DNA from: Verrucomicrobiota bacterium
Lineage (GTDB): Bacteria; Verrucomicrobiota; Verrucomicrobiia; Opitutales; Seribacteraceae
Reading direction: 5' to 3'
Assembly: GCA_027622665.1 (NCBI GenBank)
Contig: JAQBYT010000003.1
Coordinates: forward strand, 128,001-192,000
DNA: 64,000 nt
Shown: one piece after another, positions 39,775 to 51,426 of the stretch
Layout of the letters: every line of letters starts with the position of its first letter
How positions within the stretch are numbered: the first letter of the stretch is position 1
Notes under the pieces: generated by a model
What the model saw: only the letters and a program-made list of their open reading frames with translations
Databases searched by the model: none
Told to the model about the DNA's origin: nothing
Position numbers and translations under genes: made by a program

Positions 39775-40988
39775 AATTCTACGAGAACGTCGATGGGCTT
39801 ACCGAAGTCTCTGGATTTTTCTGCGGAGCCATACATTGCGATGTGCGAGGGAAACGAGATGGCCGCATCGACCTCGGTATCCTTTACTCGAAAAGACCCT
39901 GTTCGGGAGCCGGCGTATTCACCACAAACGACATAAAAGCCGCTCCGGTTCTTCATGGGCAGACCATACTTGCTGAAGGAAATGAATTCCATGCCATCGT
40001 AGCGAATAGCGGTAACGCCAACGCGTGCACAGGCCCACAAGGTGAAGTGGATACTAGAACCATGGCCTCGGAAGTCGCTCGACAGCTTAGATTGAAACCT
40101 GAACAAGTTTTCGTCTGCTCCACCGGCCGAATAGGTGAACCCTTGCCGATGAGTCGCATCACAGCCGGTATTCGCGATGCCGTCCAAGACATCGAGGACG
40201 GAGTCGACGGCGGAATGGGCTTCCAGCAGGCCATTCTTACTTCCGACACCACTACAAAGTCCTGTCTAGCAGAGTTCGAGACGACCGATGGGACAGTCCG
40301 AGTTGCAGGAGTGGCAAAAGGAAGCGGCATGATCGAGCCAAACATGGCAACCATGCTCGCCTTCATAGTCACTGATGCCAGCCTGCCTTCCCAACTCCTC
40401 CAAGACACTCTTAAAACAGCCGCCGATAAAACATTCAACCGCATCACAATCGATGGCGACATGAGCACCAACGACACCGTCCTCGCTCTCGCCAACGGTT
40501 TTTCCAATGTAGACATTTCGGAAAAAACTCCGGATATTTTGGCCGATTTCCAGACTGCGGTTGAAAAAGTCTGTGCCTGTCTCGCTCGCAAAATGATTGG
40601 AGACGGGGAAAAAGTCACTAAGCTCATTGAGCTCGTCGTAAAAGGGGCACCGAATGACGCCGCAGCGGAAAAAGTTGCTAGAAGCATTGCCAACTCCCTC
40701 CTTGTCAAAACATCGTGGTACGGTTCCGACCCTAACTGGGGACGAATTGTAGATGCAGCTGGATATGCGAAGGTAGGAGTCGATTTCTCCCAAATGGAGC
40801 TTTTCTATAATGAAGTCCCCGTTCTCGCCAAAGGCAAAGCCCTCACTCGGAACAAGGATAAGTGGAAAGAAGTAGTCGCCGAAAAAGAGTTTGCTATTCA
40901 TCTCGACCTCAACCTGGGGCGAGGGACGTGCAACTTGCTGACCACCGATCTAAGCGTAGCTTACGTAGAGTTCAATAAGAGCGAATGA
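39771..40988 (+). CDS. argJ: Ornithine acetyltransferase / N-acetylglutamate synthase
   Basis: NSGNANACTG, STGRIG, KGSGMIEPNMATML, DGDMSTND, DPNWGRI; ATGA overlap with argC. Confidence 0.98.
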   Translation: MKFYENVDGLTEVSGFFCGAIHCDVRGKRDGRIDLGILYSKRPCSGAGVFTTNDIKAAPVLHGQTILAEGNEFHAIVANSGNANACTGPQGEVDTRTMASEVARQLRLKPEQVFVCSTGRIGEPLPMSRITAGIRDAVQDIEDGVDGGMGFQQAILTSDTTTKSCLAEFETTDGTVRVAGVAKGSGMIEPNMATMLAFIVTDASLPSQLLQDTLKTAADKTFNRITIDGDMSTNDTVLALANGFSNVDISEKTPDILADFQTAVEKVCACLARKMIGDGEKVTKLIELVVKGAPNDAAAEKVARSIANSLLVKTSWYGSDPNWGRIVDAAGYAKVGVDFSQMELFYNEVPVLAKGKALTRNKDKWKEVVAEKEFAIHLDLNLGRGTCNLLTTDLSVAYVEFNKSE

Positions 40989-41860
40989 GCGATAACGCTG
41001 AGATTGAGGCCATTCAGGCCAAGGCTGCCGTATTGGTGGAGGCCCTCCCGTATGTGCGCCATTTTCGAGGTTCCACCTTTGTCGTCAAGTACGGCGGTAG
41101 CTTCATGGACGCGCCCGATCCTAAAACCCGATCGCGTGTAGCCAGAGATATAGTTTTTTTGAATTCAGTCGGCATCCGCGTGGTCGTTGTACACGGTGGC
41201 GGCAAGGCAATAACGCGAGCTATGAATGAGCGCGGAATCGAGTCGGCTTTCATTGACGGACTCCGAGTTACGGACTCTCGAGCAATCAAAATTGTCGACG
41301 AGGTACTAAACGTCGATATAAACGGAGAGATTGCTGCCTTCGTCGAGGAGAACGCTTGCGAAGCGGAACGACTCCCGGGAAAGGAAGTCCTGCAATGTGT
41401 AAAACTTGACTCCGATCCCGACCTTGGCTTTGTCGGTGAAATCACCAGAGTACTCGTAGACTCGATAGACGAAGCTCTCGACAACGGAAAGGTGCCGATA
41501 ATCTCTTCCACAGCAGCAGACTCTTCGGGTGTCTGCCACAACGTGAATGCAGATATCGCCGCTGCGAAAATCGCGATTGGTCTGCGAGCTCGGCGACTGG
41601 TGTACCTTTCCGACGTGCCGGGCTTGCTCCGCGATCCGGAGAACCCCGACACCCTAATATCGAGCTTGCCCGTAGGCGATGTGGAACGACTAAGGCGAGC
41701 CGGAATCATAGCCAAAGGCATGCTTCCGAAAGTGAATAGCGCGGTGGAAGCACTGCAAGCAGGAGTGAGTCGGGTTCACTTAGTCGATGGTCGTTACCCG
41801 CACAGCCTACTTCTTGAAATCTTTACCGACACGGGCATCGGTACTGAAATCGTGCACTAA
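40985..41860 (+). CDS. argB: Acetylglutamate kinase
   Basis: VVKYGG, VVHGGG, GLRVTD, NVNAD, GMLPK, LLLEIFT..GIGT. Confidence 0.98.
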   Translation: MSDNAEIEAIQAKAAVLVEALPYVRHFRGSTFVVKYGGSFMDAPDPKTRSRVARDIVFLNSVGIRVVVVHGGGKAITRAMNERGIESAFIDGLRVTDSRAIKIVDEVLNVDINGEIAAFVEENACEAERLPGKEVLQCVKLDSDPDLGFVGEITRVLVDSIDEALDNGKVPIISSTAADSSGVCHNVNADIAAAKIAIGLRARRLVYLSDVPGLLRDPENPDTLISSLPVGDVERLRRAGIIAKGMLPKVNSAVEALQAGVSRVHLVDGRYPHSLLLEIFTDTGIGTEIVH

Positions 41861-41880
41861 GGAAACACTCCGCGAACCAT

Positions 41881-43089
41881 ATGGACATTACTGAATACGG
41901 CCACTGTCTCATAAGTAATTATGCAGCTCCTCCCGTAGCATTCGATCGTGGAGAAGGTGTGCGCATTTGGGACGTGAAAGGCAATGAGTATCTCGATTTC
42001 TCTTCGGGCATCGCGGTAACTTGCCTAGGCCATTCGCATCCTAAGTGGGTAAACGCCGTGCAGAAACAAGCGGCAAAGCTCGTCCATTGTACGAATCTTT
42101 TCGCGATTCCAGAACAAGCTCGCCTCGCGGAAAGGTTAACGGCAAAAGCCGGCACCGGAAGGATGCTGTTTTGCAATAGCGGAGCAGAAGCAAACGAAGC
42201 TCTCATAAAATTGGCTCGCCTATACGGGTGTAGCAAAGCAGGGGGAGAAGAAGGGAAAATCGTCAAAATCGTAACGGCGGAAGGAGATTTCCACGGAAGA
42301 ACATACGGGGCAATGTCAGCCACTTCAGGCTCAAATATTCGTAGTGGATTTGCTCCGCTCGCTCCGGGTTTCACTTTTGCGAAATTCAACGAACTCGCAA
42401 GTTTTGAGGCATTATTGGACGAAGATACCGCCGCCGTACTTATCGAACCAATCCAAGGGGAAAGAGGGATTCGCGAAACGGACGACGATGTCCTTCGCGG
42501 GATTCGCCAACTCTGCGACGAGCGAGGGATTTTGCTGATGCTTGACGAGGTACAGTCCGGCATGGGTCGAACCGGCCGTTTTTTTTCCTACGAGAGTGCC
42601 GGAATAAAGCCTGATGCAATCGCCTTAGCCAAAGGGCTTGGTGGTGGATTTCCCATCGGGGCAATATGGGTGCATGAATCCCACGCCGACCTCTTCAAGC
42701 CGGGCTCGCACGGCACGACTTTCGGAGGCTCTCCCCTAGCCTGCGCAGCTGCACATGCGGTCCTTGACGTGATCGAGGAAGAAAAACTGATTGAAAAAGT
42801 AGCCATCCAAGGCGCGTCGTTCAAGGCCGAACTGGAAGCGCTTGCCGCCAAGCATCCGAATCTCGTGAAAGAAGTCCGCGGTCGCGGCTACCTTCTGGCC
42901 ATGTCCATGAAAGTACCTAGCGGAGAAATCATATCTGCTCTACGTAAGGAAGGACTCATCGCAGTACCGGCAGGTGACGATTCCGTACGTCTACTGCCCC
43001 CTCTCAACGCGACTGAAGGAGAAATTACCGAGGCCCTCGAAATTATTGACAAAACCCTATCCACATTTCCAACTGTCCCGAAAACATGA
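41881..43089 (+). CDS. argD: Acetylornithine aminotransferase
   Basis: YLDFSSGIAV, NSGAEANE, FHGRT, EPIQGE, DEVQSGMGRTG, AKGLGGG; arg operon context. Confidence 0.96.
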   Translation: MDITEYGHCLISNYAAPPVAFDRGEGVRIWDVKGNEYLDFSSGIAVTCLGHSHPKWVNAVQKQAAKLVHCTNLFAIPEQARLAERLTAKAGTGRMLFCNSGAEANEALIKLARLYGCSKAGGEEGKIVKIVTAEGDFHGRTYGAMSATSGSNIRSGFAPLAPGFTFAKFNELASFEALLDEDTAAVLIEPIQGERGIRETDDDVLRGIRQLCDERGILLMLDEVQSGMGRTGRFFSYESAGIKPDAIALAKGLGGGFPIGAIWVHESHADLFKPGSHGTTFGGSPLACAAAHAVLDVIEEEKLIEKVAIQGASFKAELEALAAKHPNLVKEVRGRGYLLAMSMKVPSGEIISALRKEGLIAVPAGDDSVRLLPPLNATEGEITEALEIIDKTLSTFPTVPKT

Positions 43090-44030
43090 AACATTTCCTC
43101 AAAGAAAATGATTTCTCCAATGATGAAATCCTAGAAATTTTTGACCAAGCGTCTCATCTGAAACAGAATCGCAAGCAGGGATTGGCAAACGACTTGGCCG
43201 GTCAAACGTGGGGTCTACTTTTCTATAAGAACAGCACCCGAACTCGAGTTTCGTTCGAGGTGGGAATAAATGAGCTTGGCGGTAAAGCGCTTGTACTCGA
43301 CCAAAAAGCCACCCAAATCGGGCGTGGTGAAAGCATTCACGACACGGCAAAAGTACTTTCCCGATACCTGCATGGTTTAGTTATTCGCACATTTGAACAC
43401 GAAATCATCGAGGAGTTCGCCGCCCACGCCGATATACCCGTGGTTAATGCACTGACGGATCTTCTGCATCCTTGCCAGATCTACGCCGACTGTTTTTCCA
43501 TTGCTGAAAAGTTAGGTGACAGCCGAGACCCGTTTGCATCACTTGCAGGAAAGAAACTGGCCTTTTTAGGAGACACCTCCTGCAATATGGCCAATTCTTG
43601 GATTATGGCGGGAAAACTATTCGGCATGAAAGTTTCTCTTGCCGGCCCCAAAGATTTCGCTCCGAAACCAGATTTCCACGACCTCCTAAACAACGAAAGG
43701 ATGGACTGCGATTTCCAGTTCACTTCCGACCCCAACGAGGCAGTAACGGATGCGGATATTGTCTACACCGACGTCTGGGTCAGCATGGGGTCCGAAGAAG
43801 AGGAAGAATCTCGCATTGAAAGCATGAAGCCTTTCGCAGTGACGTCCGAACTTCTCTCTCAGGCCAAATCGAAGGCACTGTTCATGCACTGTATGCCGAC
43901 TCACCCTGGAATGGAAGTAAGCCAAGAAGTTCTCGACTCTTCACAGACAATTATCTTCGACCAAGCCGAGAATCGCCTACATGTCCAGAAAGCTATTCTG
44001 GCCAAGCTGGCAAGCAACTCAGCGACCTAG
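43086..44030 (+). CDS. argF: Ornithine carbamoyltransferase
   Basis: STRT, HPCQ, DVWVSMG, HCMP (usually HCLP), QAENRLH. Confidence 0.96.
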   Translation: MKHFLKENDFSNDEILEIFDQASHLKQNRKQGLANDLAGQTWGLLFYKNSTRTRVSFEVGINELGGKALVLDQKATQIGRGESIHDTAKVLSRYLHGLVIRTFEHEIIEEFAAHADIPVVNALTDLLHPCQIYADCFSIAEKLGDSRDPFASLAGKKLAFLGDTSCNMANSWIMAGKLFGMKVSLAGPKDFAPKPDFHDLLNNERMDCDFQFTSDPNEAVTDADIVYTDVWVSMGSEEEEESRIESMKPFAVTSELLSQAKSKALFMHCMPTHPGMEVSQEVLDSSQTIIFDQAENRLHVQKAILAKLASNSAT

Positions 44031-44066
44031 GCCAGAACACCAAAAATTACCTAACTCTTGAAAACC

Positions 44067-45293
44067 ATGAAAATCGTGCTCGCCTACTCAGGAGGTCTAG
44101 ACACCTCCGTTCTCGTTCACTGGTTCGCAAAGGAACAGAATGCCGAGGTCATCACTTATTGTGCCGACATAGGACAGGAAGAAGAACTCGATGGTCTGGA
44201 GGAGAAAGCTCTGACCACAGGTGCTTCCGCACACCGAACGGTCGACCTGGTCGATGAGTTCGCTTCCGACTTCATCTTTCCCATGGTTCGTGCAGAGGCC
44301 GTGTATGAAAGCCAGTATTTGCTTGGCACATCAATCGCTCGCCCGCTCATCGCCAAGGCCCAAATCGATATCGCTCGAGAATTCGGAGCAGACACCGTGG
44401 CCCACGGCGCTACGGGCAAGGGGAACGACCAGTGTCGCTTCGAGCTAGCCTTCGCTGCTCTCGCACCGGAGATCAAGATTATCGCTCCTTGGCGTGACGC
44501 CGAATTCCGAGAACAATTTCCCGGTCGCACTGAAATGATCGAGTACTGCTCCAAGAACGGTATCGACGTAGAAGCCAGTGCATCCAAGCCATATTCCATG
44601 GATCGCAACCTGTGGCACATTTCATACGAAGCCGGCATACTCGAGGACCCTTGGTTCGACCCAACCACGCCCGACAACAAAGGCATGTTCAAGCTTAGCG
44701 TAGACCCTGCGGATGCCCCGGACGACCACGAGTATCTAGAGCTCGAATTCGAAAAAGGTGACTGCGTGGCCGTCAACGGCGAACCACTCAAACCTGCAGA
44801 TCTCGTTCGCAAACTTAACTCTCTTGGAGGAAAGCATGGCATTGGGAGGATAGACCTTGTCGAGAACCGTTTCGTGGGAATGAAAAGCCGTGGTATCTAT
44901 GAAACTCCTGGAGGTTCCATCCTGCTTCATGCCCATCGGCAGCTAGAAACCCTCACCATGGATCGTGAGCTCATGAACCTGCGCGACTCCCTAGTTCCAC
45001 GGTATGGACAAATGGTGTACAATGGCTTCTGGTACGCCCCCGAACGCGAAGCCCTCCAAGCTCTCGTGGACAAAAGCCAAGAAACCGTTTCGGGCACCAT
45101 ACGCTTAAAGCTCTTCAAGGGAAACTTGACGACTGTGGGGCGAAAGTCTCCCTTCTCGCTGTACGACGAAGACATTGCTTCCATGGAGAAGTCAGACAGC
45201 GACTACCGCCCGGAAGATGCAGGTGGCTTCATTCGATTAAACGCTATTCGTCTGCGAGAACGTAATCGCAAGCAAGGTTATCGGGGATCCTGA
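44067..45293 (+). CDS. argG: Argininosuccinate synthase
   Basis: [43 protein letters not shown]. Confidence 0.98.
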   Translation: MKIVLAYSGGLDTSVLVHWFAKEQNAEVITYCADIGQEEELDGLEEKALTTGASAHRTVDLVDEFASDFIFPMVRAEAVYESQYLLGTSIARPLIAKAQIDIAREFGADTVAHGATGKGNDQCRFELAFAALAPEIKIIAPWRDAEFREQFPGRTEMIEYCSKNGIDVEASASKPYSMDRNLWHISYEAGILEDPWFDPTTPDNKGMFKLSVDPADAPDDHEYLELEFEKGDCVAVNGEPLKPADLVRKLNSLGGKHGIGRIDLVENRFVGMKSRGIYETPGGSILLHAHRQLETLTMDRELMNLRDSLVPRYGQMVYNGFWYAPEREALQALVDKSQETVSGTIRLKLFKGNLTTVGRKSPFSLYDEDIASMEKSDSDYRPEDAGGFIRLNAIRLRERNRKQGYRGS

Positions 45294-45314
45294 AAATGTC
45301 CAAAAAGGTGCATT

Positions 45315-45356
45315 CCACTTTGCTGCGGTTTCGCCCTTATAGCAAAGTGGCGCTTT
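45315..45356 (+). terminator. Hairpin after argG, possible terminator
   Basis: Perfect 10-bp inverted repeat CCACTTTGCT / AGCAAAGTGG with a 16-nt loop and weak T tail. Confidence 0.45.
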
Positions 45357-45394
45357 CAATTGCCTTTCACTCCTGCTAGCCTCCGGTTAATCCG

Positions 45395-45964
45395 ATGCGC
45401 CTCCTGCTAATAGATAATTTTGATTCATTCACATACAACCTCGTGCAATACTTTGGCGAGCTTGGGGCTGAGCAAGAAATCTTTCGCAACGATGCCATCA
45501 CTCCCGAGCAAGCTATTGAACGAGAACCGGACGCGGTGGTCATCTCACCGGGTCCTTGCGATCCCGACCAAGCGGGCCAAAGTCTAGCCATAATCGAAGC
45601 CTTTGCCGGGAAAAAGCCAATCTTCGGCGTTTGCCTTGGTCACCAATGCCTCGGCCAGTATTTCGGCGGAAAAGTCATTCGGGCCGCGCGCCTAATGCAC
45701 GGAAAAACCTCTCCGGTGCTCCACGACGAAAAAGAAATATTTGCGGATCTACCCAACCCATTCGAGGCCACGCGCTACCATTCATTGATAATCGAACCCA
45801 ATTCAATACCCAACTGCCTCGAAGTTACGGCCAAAACGGAAGAAGGCGAAATCATGGGTATTCGCCACAGGGAACTACCCGTGTGGGGAGTACAATTCCA
45901 TCCCGAATCACTTGCCACTGAACAAGGTATATTAATCTTGAAAAACTTCTTAGAACTCTGTTAA
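45395..45964 (+). CDS. Anthranilate/aminodeoxychorismate synthase component II (TrpG/PabA)
   Basis: [33 protein letters not shown]. Confidence 0.96.
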   Translation: MRLLLIDNFDSFTYNLVQYFGELGAEQEIFRNDAITPEQAIEREPDAVVISPGPCDPDQAGQSLAIIEAFAGKKPIFGVCLGHQCLGQYFGGKVIRAARLMHGKTSPVLHDEKEIFADLPNPFEATRYHSLIIEPNSIPNCLEVTAKTEEGEIMGIRHRELPVWGVQFHPESLATEQGILILKNFLELC

Positions 45965-46005
45965 AAAAATACCACTTTGGTGATGGTGGTAAAAAAAGTA
46001 AAATA

Positions 46006-46464
46006 ATGCGGTGTCCAAAGTGTTCGTCTGAGGACTCAAAAGTCCTTGATACTCGAGCGAGAAAAGCGGCATCAATTCGTCGTCGTAGAGAGTGTTTGTC
46101 ATGCGAGCATCGCTTTTCAACCATCGAGGAAGTGTTGCGGGAAGACTTGATAGTGGTAAAACGCGACGGGCGCAGGGAAAGCTTTGACCGTCACAAAACA
46201 GCCAAGGGATTGGAACGAGCCATATCAAAACGCTCCATAGACGCAGAACAAATCAATGCCCTGTTGTCGGAAACTCTTCGGCGTATCGAAAACGAATACG
46301 ACAACGAAGTGCCAAGTCGTGCTATAGCAGATGCCATCATTAGCCGTCTGCGAAACGTCGATGAAATCGCATGGTTGCGCTTTGCCAGTTTCTACGAGGA
46401 TTTCAGAGGACTTTCACGATTCGCACGGGAAATCGTAAATTCGAAAGGTGGGGGGAGTGACTAA
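46006..46464 (+). CDS. nrdR: Transcriptional repressor NrdR
   Basis: CPKC...IRRRRECLSC..RFSTIE zinc ribbon plus ATP-cone (VVKRDGRRESFD, AWLRFASFY). Confidence 0.97.
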   Translation: MRCPKCSSEDSKVLDTRARKAASIRRRRECLSCEHRFSTIEEVLREDLIVVKRDGRRESFDRHKTAKGLERAISKRSIDAEQINALLSETLRRIENEYDNEVPSRAIADAIISRLRNVDEIAWLRFASFYEDFRGLSRFAREIVNSKGGGSD

Positions 46465-46954
46465 AAAGGGAAATTCGAACCAACAAAAAACCGACGACTA
46501 CACACGCTTGACCAATCTCAATTCCCTTGTCTCATTTCTTGGAGGGAATATTAGTTGTGTTGAATCGGAACAGTTGAATGTAGCCCTTGCATTTCTTCGG
46601 TCAAACAATCTCGAACCCGAAATGCCCCCCCGATCTTTCGAACACTGCGTATCACAAGTTGTTCGCTTTCATGACCCCAGTCAAATCCACTTTAATTTCG
46701 CTCATTGGGACGCTCGCCGTGGAGAAGTTGATCCACTTTGGTTACGCACTACAGTACTTGAAAAATTGTCGCAACTCGGCGACCACCCGAGTGTTCTTCT
46801 AATTGTCTCGGGTCTAAGAAACGCCTTGCTTCGTGCAGGTCGCCGATGGACTCGTCGCCGAGAAGAAACTTATCGAGAAGCCATCCACACGATCGAACTT
46901 CTGGCTGCTCGCCAAGCGAATCCCGAACAAAAACTGTCGGTTCTATTCATTTAG
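46448..46954 (+). CDS. Hypothetical cytoplasmic protein
   Basis: Fills the nrdR-pheA gap and overlaps the nrdR end; globular composition; exact start uncertain. Confidence 0.7.
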   Translation: MGGVTKKGNSNQQKTDDYTRLTNLNSLVSFLGGNISCVESEQLNVALAFLRSNNLEPEMPPRSFEHCVSQVVRFHDPSQIHFNFAHWDARRGEVDPLWLRTTVLEKLSQLGDHPSVLLIVSGLRNALLRAGRRWTRRREETYREAIHTIELLAARQANPEQKLSVLFI

Positions 46955-46982
46955 ACGGGACCTAAAGTCCCGCCAATTGAGC

Positions 46983-48062
46983 TCAGGACGAGGTATTGGG
47001 ATAACTGCCGAGACATTTCACGAAAGGGCAAACCTTATCTAGCTCGGCGATGGCCTCTGATACCGGTTCGTCGTCTCGATGGCCAAGGAAATCGACAAAA
47101 AAATAGTAGTCCCAAGGCTTGAGTCGACTTGGTCGAGACTCAATCTTGCAAAGGTTAATGCCACGATCACCAAAAGGTCTGAGACCTTCTTGAAGGGCAC
47201 CCACCTTATCCGTAAGTGACAGAACCAAACTGGTTTTGTATTCAATGTCTTCGCGGTAAGCCAAGGACTTTCGGCCGACGACGAGGAAACGGGTCAAATT
47301 GTCCTTATGATCCTGAATTCCTTCCGCAATGCAGGGAACGTCATAGAGGCGACCCGCCAGAGCACCCGCAATGGCGGCAGTCCCTGAAGCGCCCTTGGCT
47401 GTTCGTACCGCTTCGGCGGTGCTGGTTGCGTTTTCAAGGCGGGCAGTGGGCAAATTACGGCGAAGCCACTCCCCGCATTGAGCGAGCGCTTGATCCTTGG
47501 AGGATACTTTCTTAATTTCCTCAAGCGGTGAAGTGGAGAGTAAACTATGCTCGATCTTGAGGTAGACTTGAGCGATGATCGTCAACTCGGTGTCCACTAA
47601 GAGATCGAGCGAACGGTTCACCGACCCCTCGGTGGAATTCTCCACCGGAACCACTCCATAGTCGCACTCGGAGCGCTCCACCTCGCGAAAGACGTCCGGG
47701 ATATCCGAAAGGGGCTTATAGGAAAGAGCCGAGCCGAAATTCTTGATCGCTGCTTGATGAGTAAAAGTAGCTTCGGGTCCAAGATAACCGATCTGTAAAT
47801 CTTTCTGCAAGGCAATCGATGCGGAAATCACTTCCCGATAAATCGTCCGCAAGGTTGTGACCTCAAGCAAACCCTCGTTAAGCTTCTCCAGTTTTCGGAA
47901 AACCTCTTCTTCGCGAGCAGGATCGTAGGGATCTAAACCTTGTTCGTTCTTGATGCGACCAATTTCCGCAGAAGCGCGCACACGGTCGTTGAGCAACCGA
48001 GTAACGTCACGGTCGATATCATCAATTTTAGATCGAAGCTGTTCCAGTTCTGAGGATTTCAC
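46983..48062 (-). CDS. pheA: Chorismate mutase / prephenate dehydratase (P-protein)
   Basis: LRSKIDDID...DPAREE, LGPEATFTHQA, PVENSTEG, NLTRF, IESRPS; GTG start assumed at 48062. Confidence 0.97.
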   Translation of the reverse strand: MKSSELEQLRSKIDDIDRDVTRLLNDRVRASAEIGRIKNEQGLDPYDPAREEEVFRKLEKLNEGLLEVTTLRTIYREVISASIALQKDLQIGYLGPEATFTHQAAIKNFGSALSYKPLSDIPDVFREVERSECDYGVVPVENSTEGSVNRSLDLLVDTELTIIAQVYLKIEHSLLSTSPLEEIKKVSSKDQALAQCGEWLRRNLPTARLENATSTAEAVRTAKGASGTAAIAGALAGRLYDVPCIAEGIQDHKDNLTRFLVVGRKSLAYREDIEYKTSLVLSLTDKVGALQEGLRPFGDRGINLCKIESRPSRLKPWDYYFFVDFLGHRDDEPVSEAIAELDKVCPFVKCLGSYPNTSS

Positions 48063-48155
48063 TGAAAAACATGGTTGCGAGTGGAGCAAATGTGGATTGT
48101 TTAGAGGATCTCCGTAAGGCAATCAATAATTCGCCTAACTAGATTTTACGCAACC

Positions 48156-49850
48156 ATGAAAACTTCCTGTAACAGACCGTACTCCTCAATAATCGTGGAC
48201 GGCATCGATCGAGCACCCAACCGGTCCATGCTGCGAGCCGTTGGCTTTGAAGACGCTGATTTCGAAAAACCTCAAGTAGCCGTGTGCTCGGCATGGAGCA
48301 TGGTGACACCCTGTAATGCTCACCTCGACGAATTGGCCAAGAGATCTGTTATTGGCGTAGACGAAGCGGGTGGCAAAGCACTCCCATTCGGCACGATAAC
48401 GGTTTCCGACGGTATCAGCATGGGCACACCCGGAATGAGGTACTCGCTGGTATCCAGAGAGGTTATCGCAGATTCCATCGAAACCGTCGTTGGCGCAGAG
48501 GGCATGGACGGAGTGGTCGCCATCGGAGGATGCGACAAGAACATGCCGGCCTGCATAATGGCCCTAAGCCGTCTTAACCGACCGGGAATTTTTGTCTACG
48601 GAGGCACCATCCTTCCCGGAATTCACAAGGAACAGAACTTAGATATTGTATCCGTGTTCGAGGCCGTCGGCGCCCACTCGGGGGGTAAGTTGAGTGAAGA
48701 CGAATTGAAGGAAATAGAAACTAAGGCGATTCCCGGACACGGTTCCTGTGGAGGTATGTACACGGCAAATACGATGTCGTCCGCAATCGAGGCTCTCGGA
48801 ATGAGCCTACCCGATAGTTCGGCCCAGCTCGCCATCTCCGAGGAAAAACGCATTGATGCAGAAAAAGCAGGCGCCGCCGTAGTTAACCTAATAGAGAAAA
48901 ACATATGCCCTAGTGACATCATGACCCGCGAAGCATTCGAAAACGCCATCACCGTTGTCATCTGTCTTGGTGGTTCCACGAACGCGGTGCTCCACCTACT
49001 GGCCATGGCTCATTCGGCAAACATCCCACTCAAACTAGACGACTTCACTGAAATCGGCAAAAGGGTACCCGTACTTTGCGACCTCAAGCCAAGCGGCAAG
49101 TACAACATGTCTCACTTTGTTCGGATCGGCGGACTGCGCCCTTTGCTCAAGGCACTCCTCGACGAGGGCCTTCTTCACGGCGACTGCCTCACCGTCACAG
49201 GCAAAACTGTCCGTGACAACATCTCTGACGCGGAACCCTATGCTCCCTACCCTGATGGACAGGATCTCGTGCGTCCGTTCGACAATCCCATCAAGCCCGA
49301 TAGCCATCTTCGTATCTTGTATGGCAATCTTGCCAGGGACGGCGCCGTGGCAAAGATTACGGGTAAGGAAGGACTCAGGTTCTCAGGGAAGGCAATCGTC
49401 TTCGAATCAGAGGAAGCCTGCCTAAAAGGAATTCTTGATGGCGAAGTAGAGGCTGGCCATGTTCTGGTCATCCGGAATGAGGGTCCGGTGGGAGGTCCGG
49501 GTATGCGCGAAATGCTCTCTCCGACCGGAGCCATTATGGGCAAAGGTCTAGGCGATCAGGTCGCGCTTATTACCGACGGAAGGTTTTCCGGAGGAAGCCA
49601 TGGCTTCGTGGTTGGCCATGTCACCCCGGAAGCTGCGGTAGGAGGTCCTATTGGAGTAATTAGGAACAACGACCCGATCACCATCGACGCAGAGAAAAAC
49701 GAACTTAACCTAGATATTTCCGAAGATGAGCTTGAAGCTAGGCTCGAAGCTCGGACACTTCCCGAAGCCAAAGAAAAACGAGGTGTACTCGCCAAGTATG
49801 CAAAGCTCGTAAGCTCTGCCTCTCTAGGTGCTATAACGGACGGATTTTAA
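48156..49850 (+). CDS. ilvD: Dihydroxy-acid dehydratase
   Basis: [44 protein letters not shown]. Confidence 0.98.
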   Translation: MKTSCNRPYSSIIVDGIDRAPNRSMLRAVGFEDADFEKPQVAVCSAWSMVTPCNAHLDELAKRSVIGVDEAGGKALPFGTITVSDGISMGTPGMRYSLVSREVIADSIETVVGAEGMDGVVAIGGCDKNMPACIMALSRLNRPGIFVYGGTILPGIHKEQNLDIVSVFEAVGAHSGGKLSEDELKEIETKAIPGHGSCGGMYTANTMSSAIEALGMSLPDSSAQLAISEEKRIDAEKAGAAVVNLIEKNICPSDIMTREAFENAITVVICLGGSTNAVLHLLAMAHSANIPLKLDDFTEIGKRVPVLCDLKPSGKYNMSHFVRIGGLRPLLKALLDEGLLHGDCLTVTGKTVRDNISDAEPYAPYPDGQDLVRPFDNPIKPDSHLRILYGNLARDGAVAKITGKEGLRFSGKAIVFESEEACLKGILDGEVEAGHVLVIRNEGPVGGPGMREMLSPTGAIMGKGLGDQVALITDGRFSGGSHGFVVGHVTPEAAVGGPIGVIRNNDPITIDAEKNELNLDISEDELEARLEARTLPEAKEKRGVLAKYAKLVSSASLGAITDGF

Positions 49851-49857
49851 TCGCACT

Positions 49858-51426
49858 ATGAACAAAGATTTATATCTCGAATTCAAGGATGCCAATTTTT
49901 GGGCTGACTTCTCATTCGTCGACTTTCCCGAAGGTTATCTCGAGTCGATGGGAACTAGTGTCAACGACGCCTTAGTTGCCATGAGGGAACTGGAGGGAGG
50001 AGCGTTAGCCAACCCAGATGAAAATCGCATGGTTGGTCACTATTGGCTTCGAGCCCCTGAACTAGCTCCCAGCGAAGAGATAAGAAACGCCATACAAGAT
50101 ACACTCGCTAAGACAAAAAATCTAGCCAACCGAGTCCATGAAGGCGACTTGAGAGCGCCTGCCGGTGCATTTACCGACCTTCTGATCATAGGTATTGGGG
50201 GTTCCGCACTAGGTCCGCAGTTCGTAGGAAGAGCATTGGGACACCCAAAGACAAATAAGTTGGCGGTACATTTCTTCGACAACACCGATCCCGACGGCAT
50301 AGATTTGACCCTCGCCGAAATTGATGAACGACTAGCCACCACTCTGGTCATCGTAATTTCGAAGTCCGGAGGCACCCCTGAAACTCGGAACGGCATGCTA
50401 GAAGCAGAGAACGCATTTGCCCAAAATGGCTTAGACTTAGCAAAACAAGCCATCGCAATTACTGGAGAAGGCAGCAAACTACACCAACACGCCACCTCAA
50501 AAGGTTGGCTAGATTTCCTCCCTATGTGGGATTGGGTCGGTGGCAGGACTAGCGAAACAGCTGTGGTGGGACTCCTACCGGCGGCTCTTCAGGGGATCGA
50601 CATCGACGCATTCCTTGAAGGAGCCAAAGTGATGGACAAACTCACTCGAGTGAGTGACTTCCAGAACAACCCTGCGGCCATGCTAGCCATTGCATGGCAT
50701 TACCTCACCGATGGCAAAGGTTCGCGCGACATGGTGATTCTTCCATACAAGGATCGCCTCGAGTTGTTCGCCAAGTACCTCCAACAACTGGTGATGGAGT
50801 CTCTCGGCAAGGAAAGAGACCTCGATGGCAATACAGTTCACCAAGGCATTGCAGTCTATGGAAACAAGGGGTCGACCGACCAGCACGCCTATGTTCAACA
50901 ATTACGAGAGGGTGTGCCCAACTTCTTCGCCACTTTCATAGAGGTCCTCAAGCACCGTGAGACTGCAAGTCCTCCGGTGGATGACGACGGCATGACATCA
51001 GGCGAATACCTGCACGGATTCTTCTTGGGCACACGAGATGCCCTTTACGATAAGGGGCGGAAATCGATCACCCTTACAATCCAAGAAATCACTCCCGCCT
51101 CAGTTGGCGGTCTCATTGCCCTCTTCGAGCGAGCAGTCGGACTCTACGCCTCGCTAATCGGTATCAACGCGTACAACCAACCGGGAGTTGAGGCAGGGAA
51201 GAAAGCGGCCGCATCCGTACTGGAAGTAAGGAAATCCGTTTGCGATTATCTACAAAAGAACGAGCAGTCCCCTATGAAAGCAAAGGAAATTGCATTAGCC
51301 ATCGGCTGTTCCAGCCGAGAAACATGGATTTACAAGATCTTGGAGAACCTTGTTGCCAACCAACCCGAAACCTACGCAAGAGAATCCGGCGCCCACTCGC
51401 TGGCGGATCGATTCGTCAAAGTTTAA
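49858..51426 (+). CDS. pgi: Glucose-6-phosphate isomerase
   Basis: ANPDENRMVGHYWLR, GIGGSALG, SKSGGTPET, VGGRTS, QQLVMESLGK, QPGVEAGK. Confidence 0.98.
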   Translation: MNKDLYLEFKDANFWADFSFVDFPEGYLESMGTSVNDALVAMRELEGGALANPDENRMVGHYWLRAPELAPSEEIRNAIQDTLAKTKNLANRVHEGDLRAPAGAFTDLLIIGIGGSALGPQFVGRALGHPKTNKLAVHFFDNTDPDGIDLTLAEIDERLATTLVIVISKSGGTPETRNGMLEAENAFAQNGLDLAKQAIAITGEGSKLHQHATSKGWLDFLPMWDWVGGRTSETAVVGLLPAALQGIDIDAFLEGAKVMDKLTRVSDFQNNPAAMLAIAWHYLTDGKGSRDMVILPYKDRLELFAKYLQQLVMESLGKERDLDGNTVHQGIAVYGNKGSTDQHAYVQQLREGVPNFFATFIEVLKHRETASPPVDDDGMTSGEYLHGFFLGTRDALYDKGRKSITLTIQEITPASVGGLIALFERAVGLYASLIGINAYNQPGVEAGKKAAASVLEVRKSVCDYLQKNEQSPMKAKEIALAIGCSSRETWIYKILENLVANQPETYARESGAHSLADRFVKV

